From Dimorphilus gyrociliatus (taxonomy: Eukaryota; Animalia; Annelida): a DNA stretch of 64,000 bases. A program made the translations under genes and the position numbers. Numbering within the stretch: position 1 is the stretch's first letter; every line of letters starts with the position of its first letter. Shown piece by piece: positions 13,416 to 25,300 of the stretch. The DNA lies in contig CAJFCJ010000015.1 of the NCBI GenBank assembly GCA_904063045.1, positions 124,001 to 188,000 of the forward strand, in the 5' to 3' direction. Below the pieces are notes generated by a model. The model was given only the letters and a program-made list of their open reading frames with translations. It was not told the DNA's origin and did no database searches.

Positions 13416-14831
13416 GTATATTTTGGCTTGTTTTTTCCTTTTTGTAAACTTAAAGGTAAAATAATGAGAATATATATGAAATAAAAAACATAAAAAGTCA
13501 AGAAGAAGAAGACGAAGAAGAAGAAGAAGAAGAAGAAGAGGAATTATCTGACGAACAGGACGATAGTGAAGACGATGGGGAAGAAACGGAAGAAGACAAG
13601 AAAGACAATAGAACCAAGATCAAAGTTAATAATATTGACCAAGATATAAATTAATAATAACAAGAGAAGGAATATAAGAAAAAAATAACCTTTGTAAGCC
13701 ATCACAACCAACAGCATGAGAGTGATTCATTTAGATATTGTGATGTGTACTTAAAAAGAAAACCTACACAGCATGCGGAAATGTTGCATTCAAACTATAT
13801 ATTGTATTTTTTTTTTTTGTATATAAAAACTGTATAAAGTTCATTTTTTTTTAAAAATAGACTTTATTTTATATATGAAAAAATAAACGTAAATATGAAA
13901 GTATGTTAATTTATTCAAAAATAATTTATTTTTTATTTTTTCTTTTCAGCCAATCATATTTGGTGGAAAATTTTCAAAACAAATCGACCTAAGATGTTCA
14001 TTGACCGAAAAACTTTGCTCCTTCCAAGCTAATTACCTTTGAACTGTTGTGATGTTTTTTATGTTAGTCTGTAAAAATTATATTATGAAATCAAGTCACT
14101 AACCTCTCTTTTTTCATTTTCTGATAATATTAAGCTTATGAATATTAATTAGCTTTACCAAAGAATGAAAATATAAAATAATAAAACGTATATACGGGTA
14201 GTATTAACTTGATAAAAACTATATAAATTACTTCCGGACAATTGTGTTCTATATGTTTATGTAGTTTTTATGGTGGTGGAAGTATTTTTCATGAATGTAT
14301 GATCAGAAGGCAGGGGAGTTGAGAATATATAGTAAGCAACATAGTATATAAAGAGGATAAAATTGTTTTGAAAGAGTTCAAAGTATCTTTTCACACATGT
14401 ACAACAATTACCTATTAAGACGGTGACTGAAAGATTATGAATAATGTCACACGTGTGCAATTCCTAAAAGTGTTTTTCTCATACTGAAAACAATACTTTT
14501 TTGGTTAATAGTGAAATTTTAAATAGACAATTAATGAATATAACGTAGTTATAGGAATATAGTAAATATATATATATATAGAATGTTATTAACTGGATAA
14601 ATTCCTTAGCAATTACAAATAAACAAGGATCAAAAATTATTTTTTTGGACTTATGACAATAAACTTAAGCATTTATTAATAGAAAAATCTATTGGTACCG
14701 TTCAAATAAATATTCTAAAGCTATAAAGTAATAAGGCTATATGCGTAATTACAACAAAGTTTTCTTTTAATAAATAGTCCTATAATAATCTTTTAAAGTG
14801 TTGAATTTATTTCCCTTTACTTATCAAATAA

Positions 14832-14835
<4 letters not shown>

Positions 14836-14868
<33 letters not shown>

Positions 14869-14882
14869 TATATATATATATA
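14836..14882. repeat. Interrupted (TA)n microsatellite
   Basis: TA run with one TAG interruption. Confidence 0.9.
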
Positions 14883-16519
14883 GTTTGTACATTAATTGAT
14901 CCCTGATGATTGTGTGTTGCATGAACATTTATACGGTTTAAGGTCGAAATACAAAGGTCATTTTTATAGTAAATAGCACGTGTAGACTATTTCGTTATAT
15001 TCAAGTTTTTACTTATATTTATATATTAACATTAAATATATATTGTTCATATACGATAATAAAAAAAAACACTTATTTCATCATAGTGATTCGTCTTATC
15101 TATATAACTAATGGCTTATATTTAGGTCAATTTTGTCTAGACATCATTTACCTGATTTATTTTTTTTTGTATTATCAATAGTACTTTCTTCCTTTTGGCT
15201 TTTAAAGCTTTCTGCAGAATTTTGAACTTTCTCTCAAAACACTATTCTAAGCATATCAGGAAATTTCCTATATATTTACGCTATATATTCATATAGGTCT
15301 ATATATTAACCAAAGAACGAATACCCTCGATCGTCCTACAATAAAACCGATGAGTAAAAAGTGTTGACTGATAATATGTATAAAATCCTTAGAGTTTGTT
15401 ATCATATCTTATCAATTATCAATTACATTTTACCAAGATACTTTTTTGTAGGGGCGTTTTTTTTTCTTCAATATTTGAACGTTCAAAAGTCAGAAATATA
15501 GGTAAAAAAAATTGAACAAAGTATGTTTTGTGAAATTTCAAAGTATAACTTAAGTATCTTTTAGAAGTCAATAATTCATTCTTTCTCTAACCCTTTCTAA
15601 ATATAACCTTCCCTGTTCCTTTCAATAGCAAAAGTCTTTGTATAATTAAAGAAATTGTTCAGAGACGCATTTTTAAAGCCTATCGTATATCCTATTTACA
15701 AGTATATATAATTTTTTACTTATTGCGTAATAATTCGTGTTACCTGATAATTAATTTTATATAAAATCGATAGCGGCATCTTTGGATAAAAAAGCCTCCA
15801 GGTTGAATAAAACTTTACGACCATTTTTGTTTAGAGAGTGGAAAACCAAGTACTTTTCCATTACATTTTTAAGTTCTTCTCATTGGTTGATCTCATGCAT
15901 ATTAAGTAGCATGAATAAATACTAATACTTTATGTATAGTTGTATTAAACTCTCGATGACCTCCCCCATGCTTATACCCACTGCAGAAATAACAGGAAAA
16001 CGTGCTTCTATGCACGTGACACTTAAATTCAGCCTAGTTTAAAATTCTTATGCAAGATTGAATCGTCTATTGCTATTTTGGCCTTTATTATCAAAGATAC
16101 GAGTTATTAATATAACTATTATAATTTAAATTTAGATTAGTCAATACGGATTTACTAATCTAATTTAATTCTTATTGGCCTCGAACTTTGTTGATAGACG
16201 AAAAATGAAGCGGTCAGACACGTGCGATAGTAAGAGGAAATATGTAGGACTACATCAGTCTGGTCTCTAGGCCTAAATTTAAGCATTTACTCATAATATA
16301 GAATTTTCGCGCCAAAACTACAAATAATGCGTAAAATTTGAATTTGAAAAGTCTTTGTTAACACATATTTCGAAAGACTTTCTTTGGGAAAAGCCGATAA
16401 AAGCTAGAAATTCTTCGATTTGTGATGAATTGGACAAGCTTCTATTATATTTGTAACATATTTACAACTTTTCTGGGGCTGAGAAAGTGAAAGTTCCTGT
16501 TTACCGTATTAAACCACAA

Positions 16520-16672
16520 GTGCGCATGCCCCAAAATAGCCAATCATGCATCTTCCCGCTGAGCACGTGCGCGTTTGTTGTGAAATGCGTGACCTCATCT
16601 GCATATTCATAAGGAAATTTCCAACCACCGGTATAAATGCCGTGAATCTGACGAAATATCACTAATTCTACA
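16520..16672 (+). promoter_or_regulatory. Candidate core promoter or enhancer of the orphan membrane gene
   Basis: Locally GC-richer. Contains GTGCGCATGC, a CCAAT box, CACGTG (16564), TGACCTCA, TATAAA (16632-16637) and an Inr-like TCACT about 27 nt downstream. CTAATTCTACAG (ending 16672) could alternatively be a 5'-UTR or trans-splice acceptor. Confidence 0.5.
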
Positions 16673-16688
16673 GTGAACACCGTTTCAA

Positions 16689-17763
16689 ATGTGTCAAGAA
16701 TCATTTAAACTACAAACTGGTACTACAACCTGTCTAGTAATGGACAAAATGAAGGAAGATCGACAAGTAAACAAAACGAATGCTGGAAAAGGCATTGCAT
16801 TGCTTTTATTCTGTGTAGCCTATGCAATAGTCATGTTTGCGTTAGCTGCATTTGCCCAGACAATTTTGGCTTTTCTCAGATACAGGATGACTTACAGTAT
16901 GTATTGTTCTTTTATTCTTTCTATAATATCTTTATACATGGGATAAGTTGTACTAGATTTCGAGTACCCTAACGCCCCCTGTTGAACTCATTTTAACCCA
17001 AAGCTTCAGTTTCGCAGAATCAATTTATCTTTCCTACTTTTTTATTGTTATATTTCTTTGCTTATTTTTATTCAAAAGCGTTTAAAATTATGCAATAACC
17101 AACCGTATTTTGCATAATTTAAGAAATTAATATTCTATTAATAAGATACGAAAATAAAAGTTTATTTTTTTTTAACTTTTTTACCCCCACCATTTTTTCA
17201 TTTATTCCATTAATTCTCTTATTTAAATGAAATGGAAACAAACAAAAAAAATCCTTCTTTTTTTCAGTAAAAACAGATTTTGGCTATCAAAACTTAGCAA
17301 GATCTTTAATAGAAAAGTTAAAAAAGAAAGAAATTTTACATAGAAAAGCTGGACTATAAAAAATAAAACAACAATACTTACAAAAAAAAAGAACTTAATT
17401 AATGAATTTTGTGAATAATGAAATTATTATATAGAATATTCCTATATACTACAAAAATCACAAATCTTCATTCATCTCTATTACAATTCCAATTCAAAAG
17501 TGTGTTAAAATTATCTACCTTGTATATGAATCTTTTAATTGAGAATCTCAACTACTTATGTTCAATTTTGGAGGAAAAATCGAAATCTTATTATATAATA
17601 TTATTCTAATGTATGAAATTTTTATTACAAAGAGTGGAGGGAGCATGATAATCACGTGATATTTTTTTCATTAACAGAAAACGCAGACGACGTCACGTGG
17701 TCAGAAAAAAAGAATGAAACTCCGAAAATTAAGCGTACTGAATTTAGTGTGAAGCAAGGCTGA
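16689..17763 (+). CDS. Orphan 97-aa single-pass membrane protein. Exons 16689-16896 and 17678-17763
   Basis: Phase-1 donor (tac a|gtatgt) and acceptor (tttttttcattaacag|aa) join in frame to give MCQESF..NKTNAGKGIALLLFCVAYAIVMFALAAFAQTILAFLRYRMTYKNADDVTWSEKKNETPKIKRTEFSVKQG*. It has one hydrophobic helix followed by basic residues and promoter-like motifs just upstream. Confidence 0.6.
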
Positions 17764-19320
17764 TTTCTCAAACAAACCCTCCTATTCCTACAAAACGTTA
17801 TTAAAACAACCATCGTCAAGTTAAACGAAAAAAAAAAACCCAACAAAAACAAAACAAGTCTTGTATTATAAAAATCATTGTTATATAATATTTATCACTA
17901 TTTGTTATTAATATTTTTATTCAAACAACACACAAATGTATTTGAACATTATGCAACTAATGAAGAAACTTGGCATTAAAAAAAAAGAAATTTTTCTAAG
18001 AAAAAACAAGAAGTTTATACTTCATATTATGGGCCTATGAGGAGGATCTTTTTTTCCTCCATTTTTTATGTACTTGTATGTGTAAACATGCTAAAAAAAC
18101 TATGCTTGAACAGTTGCCGTTTTTTTTTCCGGTGAAAATAGTTTGCAAGAAAATAGATGTTAAAAAAAATTATTCAAGTGAGAAAATACTGTTTTGATGT
18201 TTTAGTTAAAAAAAAGAAACATATACATGAGAATAAAATGAGTTATTAAAGATTTTATACTTGAAATATATAGTATTTTTCGTTATTGTATCTAGATGAA
18301 TTTATAGTTGGTTTTTGAATATGTAAGTATTATTCATTGAATAAGGTTATGGTTCTACCATAACTTTTTGACCTTAGCTTATGGAAATGATATTTAATTT
18401 AAATTTCCTTAGGAATCAATCAAACTTTCGTACGAATTTTAGGATAGACATAAATCTTGATGGGCCGGTCGAAGGTTGAACTTTTTGTTTTTTGCTTTGT
18501 TTACGACAATAGACGAAATATATTTTATCAGTTTTATCTATAAATAGAATTGTAACCCTGCCTTAATCAGTTATACGATCTTCTCCAATATCTTTCATTC
18601 TTAACCAATAGAAGAAGAAGAGAAAGTCGGGAGAAGACGTTAGAATTCCTTCTATATTTTAAGAATATATTATTTTTGTCCATGTAATCATTGAAATCTA
18701 ATCAATTAAAATCTTTGTTTTTCCAGATTAATACGAAATAAGCATTATCAGTGTCCAGTAAGTGAACCATTAGAGTGAACCTAATCTAATCAACGATGTT
18801 ACGTATTCATACTTTACATTATCTTTATTAATTATTTGTCAATTTCAAGGACATTATTAAGGTATTCTAAACTAGCAGCAATAGAAAAAGTGCTATTGGC
18901 GTAGGTGTCTACACAATTAGGACGCATGTTCGAACACGCTCCAACCCTTAAAAAGTATATACTATTTATAAATTTATATACAGTATAGTAAGAGTGTCTC
19001 AGAGCATTATATTTATATACTGTATATCGAACAAAAAAGAAATACTATAGTCTTATTTCAGGTTTTTTAAGATTATTTATATATATATATATACTGTATA
19101 TATACCAGATTCCGGCATTAAAGATTTACTTTACTTTAGCACAATATAAAAGACAAGAACCTTGGGGATAAACAAGAAAACAATTTAATAATTGACCTTT
19201 CTACTGAAGTTGATAAGATAATCATATGTGAAAAAGACTATTTCGTTGAAAATAATCACTTGAAATTTACCGACTGTTTTGAAATTACGTATAAAAATAA
19301 TCATTATTTGAAATAAGAAA

Positions 19321-22300
19321 CTATTCCTTATTTAATGTTAAATACAGTCCTTTAAGTATTGCGTGACTAGGGTGTTCAGTCGTATGTAAATCGGCTTCGA
19401 ATACTAGACCATCTCCTAATCTATTGCTTCTATAGGATGTTACCTATATAGGATGGGTTCAAGTAGTTACTCATAAGACATATAGGATTTTTTTGCACTT
19501 ACGTAGACAGGTGTTTTAATTGTATTTTGTAGTTTAAGCCTATGAATTTCTATAGGTACGATCTTGAGTATTGGCAAAGGGGTAAAAAATTCTCTTGGAT
19601 CGATCCTTTTTAGTGTATTTCTTTCGATATCCCAACCGGCCCCAACAAGATATAGACCGGTCACATATCCACCGCAGAAGGCACTTTTAGATCCCCATAT
19701 TTCGCTCGACCTTTCAACTCTTAAATGCTCTTCTAATCTTTCAGTCGATTTAAAATCCGTAACAATTGTGTAGAACGTCGATTTATCTAAAGACCATCCA
19801 TTATACCGACTGCACGATTGTATAAGAGATAAGAGATAAGACTTTGGCGAGTGTAGACCAGACAGCCAGATAGCTTGAATTTCCTCCTCAACCCATTTTA
19901 GATATTGCACAGAGCGCAACTTTAAATGAATTATCCAATCCGCTAGCGACTTTCTTGTTTCTGGAGCAAGGCGTTTCCAAGAATTTGGTATTTGATCGTT
20001 GATCAATGAGCTACTAACTTCGTCTAGCTCTTCATTCATTCCATCTTCACCTAAATCATTTTCAAATTATAGAATGAAAAAGTAACGCACGTTTCAAGAT
20101 AAATTACACTGTATAGACTAATTAAACGATATACTTTCAAACCTTTTATTGCTCTTTTAAGTTCACTTAAAGTCCTAAATATCTTTTCTCTAAGTAAATT
20201 AAATCTTTCTAACTCTTGGAATAAAACTACAGCTATAGGCTTTAAAGTTTTGTCCAAATTTCCTTTTAATTTCAATGTACCGAATAAATTGGGTAATTGA
20301 TTGAGTATTTCATCAACTATCCGCTCTAGACGATCTTCTACTGATAAATCATACTCTTTATTATCTATGGTGGGCCGTAATTCGGCCAAATTCCTCCACA
20401 AGTCTCTAGTTGCGTCAGTATAATAACCAATTTCAGCCATCAAACTCAGACCATACACTTCCGGGCTATTAGTCAAAGGTAGAGATTCTATATAATCAAC
20501 ATACATTTGTTTATGAGCTCTTTGACCTTTGGATGGTTCTGGTATTTTGTAACAAATAGAAGAATCCTTATAGAAATAGAATGATTGTATTTTCTCAAAG
20601 ATAAAATCTCCCATATATTCATCCATATAAGTTGCTATTATTCTTCTATCATACGAGTCTGTCACCCTTCCACCATACGTTATTTGCCCAATTAAAAACT
20701 TTAAACTATTCCATGGTATTTCTAATCTAGGATGTTTCAATAATTTATTCAAGTATATTGATAAGATATTTGATGCAACTAAAAAGTCAGATTCATTGAA
20801 TTCGTATGGAACATTCCAGCCAATTTTTCCATATTTCCTTCTTTCTTGTACAACACCGTGAAAAAATGCTAGAACAAACAATAAAGGATGAAATGCTGAA
20901 TTGGAGCATGACGTTGTTAAATTTGTTGTTATTCTTGAATAAGTATGACGTAAATTCAATTTTAAGCCATAAGGTGCTTCAGTTACAACTTTAAGAGACC
21001 GACGCAGGATGCTAAGTGGAAAGTTATTCACTGGAGCTGTTGTAAGCCATAATCTAAAGTGAGGATGGGGGTTTGTAACTTTCTGTAAATACTTTTCCAG
21101 TTCGTCTAAGCAGCCAAGCAAAAGATGACAATTCTGAAGTAACAGCCACTGTCCCCTAGAAATAGCAATTTCTAAAAGAGAAAGAGCGGTACATTCCTGC
21201 CCTTGGCCCAAAGAGAGTGCCTTTAATCGATTTTTACCAATATATTTAATTGATTCGGCTAATTGTTCTAATTTAGATATTGGCGTTGCTCCTGGATTAA
21301 GAATAAATACTACTGGAGAATTTGGGTTTGATCTTTCCAAAATATTCTCTAAATTTACGATCGGTGATGTAACAAATTTTTCGCCCATTATCTTAACAAC
21401 ATAATTCGTTACAGCGGCGTAAACTCTATCAACGCGAAAGCATCTTAACAATAAAAGTTGTTGAAATAGAGATAATCCTTTGTCAAATGGCGTTGGAAAT
21501 TTCAACTTTTCAGTCATCTTACTTTTGTACCACTGTGAAAAAGAAGAATTTAAGATATATTAATAAATATTATCCTTAAGAATATACCTTGTTCCATGTT
21601 ATTTCATTATCTGTAATATTTTCCAATAAAGTTTCAAAAAGATTAGGGAATTTTTTTGAAAGATAACAGCAATCTTTCCAACATTGATACGGAACCCACT
21701 TAAAAGGAGGATTGTTCTCTTCGTCATTTGTCTTTTCAAATTCTGTATTACCTCTAATAAAGAATTCAATTTCATCATCAGTTACTCTGCCAGCATCAGC
21801 TTCTAATTTAGCAGCAATTTGAAAAGAGAACAATATTTTATGCTTTTCAAATATTCCTATACAAGCGTCTAAATAGACGTTATAAGTTAAAGTTTCTTTA
21901 ATATTTTCAATTCTGTTAGAAAAAACAAGGAAAAGAAAAAAAAATATGATTTTATACACCATCTACCAATAAGCATAGAGTAGATATACCTCTTTTTTAG
22001 ATTCATATCAGGCATACTCTTTCTAAGTGAATAATCAAATACTTCTAGATAGAAATTAAGAGAATACTGATACATAGGATTAACAAGTGATAATTCATCC
22101 AAGATAAAGAAAAGAATAGCACCGCGTTTAGCGGCTGGACGATAAGCGTCTCTAAGTTGATCAATTTCAATAGTATTTTTACTAGCTAACTTTAATTTGT
22201 CAGATATTTCATTTGCCTTTAGCTTAGTGTTTTCTAATGTTGATAACAGTTCGCTATTATCTAACATATTACCAGTTGAGTTTGATAATTCTCTTAATAA

Positions 22301-25300
22301 AGAATTTTCAAAATCTTTTAAATATCTTTTATTTTCACTTGTTTCTCTAATTAATCTCTTCTTTTGATCTTCTAATTCATTTTTTTCAAATTGTACAATA
22401 ACACTTAATAATTGATCTTCTAATCCTTTTGTAGTTACGGTATAATTAATAACAACTGCGTTTGAATAGAAGCATGGTCTAAATTTAGGATTTGATAGAT
22501 TGGTATTTAAATATAGTCTAAAATTTGGATCCATTTCGATTTCTTTATCACCGAATAACAATAATTTCCTATTAAAATCATTATTTCTGCCGTTTTCTAA
22601 GAGATTATTAATGATTGGATCAATGTTTTCGTCTAAGTTTTTCACAAGGAATGGATAACCGTATTTTAAAGCTAATTCTAATTGTTTTAGAAAATCTGTA
22701 TCGTTCGACGAGCATATCTTTAAATTATTCTTCTTTTCTCTTTTTATTATCCAATGATAGGCTTGTTGTTGTGGATCAATACATAATGAAAATTTCGATG
22801 ATTTTGTAGCTAATATACCATTTTCTATTGATAGCTCATCGGATGGTAGTCCTTCAGAAATCCAATGACTAACTTCAACATCGTTAGTTAAAAAATTTTG
22901 AACAGTAAAGTCTATAATTAGAAAATTATTAATTAATTATTCAAAAAGTTAATATCGACAATTAAAATAATTAACCTTTACTATACAGTATCCCATTTTT
23001 AGTTAGATCATTTATCCATATATCCTTCATTAACTTTTGCCTAAATTCAGGATTAAACGGTGAAGAATACGAAAGGAAAGCTGCCGACAATAGACAATCG
23101 CCAATTAATTTATCTCTTTGATCTTGTAAATGATTATATTCGATAGTCCAACGTTCATTTTCTGATCCTAAACCTTGGAATAATTTTTTAGCAGCCTTTA
23201 ATCTTCTTTCCATAATTGCTGCTTCTTTTTGTAATTTCATCTTTTCAAGATTAGCATCTTCAAACATTTTCTTTAATTTCTCATTTTCTTGTTCAAGAAA
23301 ATTCAAATCTAAATTTAATCTATAAAAGATTCTAATTACTTAATCAAATTTAAAAAGGAAAATGAATAGGAAACCTGTCTAAATCTTTTTTCATATTTTT
23401 AAAGTTTTTTTCCAACTTTTCAACTCTATCCCTCTTTGGTCTAATTTCTCTGTAAACTTCGCAATAATCTACTACAGCTAGAACAAACTGCAAAAGGCCA
23501 TAACCAGCTCTTGATTTTTCTTTCATATTTTCCAAATTCATTTCAGGATCTTTGAGTATCAATTTGACGTTATGTAATTGTTTATTTGTTATATTATCTA
23601 CATTTATATCTTTAAGATTCTTAAGAAAATTAGCTTCAGACATCATAGTTTTTGCCGATCTCCAAGAAACCTCTTTGATCCCATTCAAAACAACAATACT
23701 TTCACAAACTCTCTGAATAATATAGACTGGTTTGGCAAATGATCTTATCTCTCTTACATCATCTTTTCGCAAATTACTTAGAGCTAATCTTGCTTCTTCT
23801 AAAGCTGGAAGAGCCGAAGCTAAAGCTAATTCAGCTTCTTTTTTCTCTACTTCTAGTTTTGAACTTTGCACATCAAGTTCATTGGCTTTTATACTTGTTA
23901 ATTTTTTTTTATCTTCAACTACGGTACTCTTTTCCGATAGTTTCGACAATAAAGAATCGCACTTTTTCGTTTTCTTTCTCAATGTACTCTTTTGCCATTC
24001 TAATTGTTTGTTCATACCCTTTATTTGATTGCTAGCTTCAACTAATTTCATCATTCCATCGGATAACCTCTTAGATTGTTTAAAATTTAATAAACACTTC
24101 TCTTGCAGAAGATTAGTAAAGGTTTTTATAAAGTCTAGATAATGTTTTTGTGTAACGAAATTGATTTTTTTAAATTTGTTAAAGTATTCTTTACATATAT
24201 TTAAAGACGATTCATGAACGATTACCATGTGATTTATAGTCTTTTTTTGAATATCATTGATTGAATCTTTTAATAATTTCGCTACATGATCATCAGATAA
24301 ATCCACATACGACTTTGCAATGGATACTAGAGCTTCCTTCGGCCAATTGAGATACCAATCCATTGACATATTGTTAATTAAGGCAGGAAAATTTCTACAT
24401 CTATTTCGGAGAGAATCTCCAGCTGGTGACATACATAAAATTGTATGAAGATTACTAGCTGATTTCCTACTAAAATATGTCCAAATTAGTTCATAATTCG
24501 AAGGCCATCCAGCTGATATGGCTTCATCCCTTATTTGATTAATAATAGCATCTTTTTCATCCTCTTCAAATAGAATTTGTAGATTTCCAGTTGATAATAT
24601 ACAATTTATGATTTCTAGAAAACCCTCCTCCAAAATGTGGTTATCAGTTAGGAAGAGCGCTATCTTTTTATTCTCCAAACCTAATCTTTTATACAACACT
24701 TTTAAATCTTCACGAAAATTCGCCTCGTTATAACCTCTCTTTAAGCTTATTTCGAATAAATCGCAATGGCTAATATAACAAGCAATTTTCGCTATAGTCC
24801 TTCTACCGGAACCTTAAAGAGAATGATATAATTAATATTAAGAATACAACAATTCTAATAAACCTTCAAAACCAATTAATAGTGCATTTCCTTCGTCTAA
24901 ACTAAGAATTCTATGTAATCTTGTTAGATGTTCGATAGCGTAATCAAATAGTACAAATTTTTCATCGTTTAACTGGTAAAAATCAATAAGAATATCGTTT
25001 AAAATATCTAAGACATTGCCGTAATTGCCAGAATCTTGATAGAATTTATTATTTGCGTAATAACCAAACAGAATTGGATCGGAGAGAACATCTTGAAGAT
25101 CATTCGAAAAATTTTCATCTAATGAAGCTTCAATACAATTATTAACATATTCAATGTCTTCTGTAGTTATTAGTCGATCGTTAAATGTTCTTTTACATTC
25201 GTTTCTCCAAAGACGCAGAAACTGAGGCAAAGTTTTAAAATAGTTTGCTGAAGATGATAATATTCCACTATATAATCTACTAATATCTCTTAGGCTAAAG

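Noticed and set aside
16501-16704. Trp-rich minus-strand ORF (67 aa)
   Set aside because: Overlaps the motif-dense promoter region, has no splice partners, and the locally higher GC explains the openness.
16673-16733. Frameshifted EGF-like remnant (C-x12-C) at the start of the orphan protein
   Set aside because: It requires an invented 4-nt deletion, and no upstream cysteines are in frame.
18770-18805. Short similarity to the start of the DNAH10 last exon (gtaacatc..agattagg, minus strand)
   Set aside because: Two 8-mers only, with a stop soon after; not supportable as a duplicated exon.
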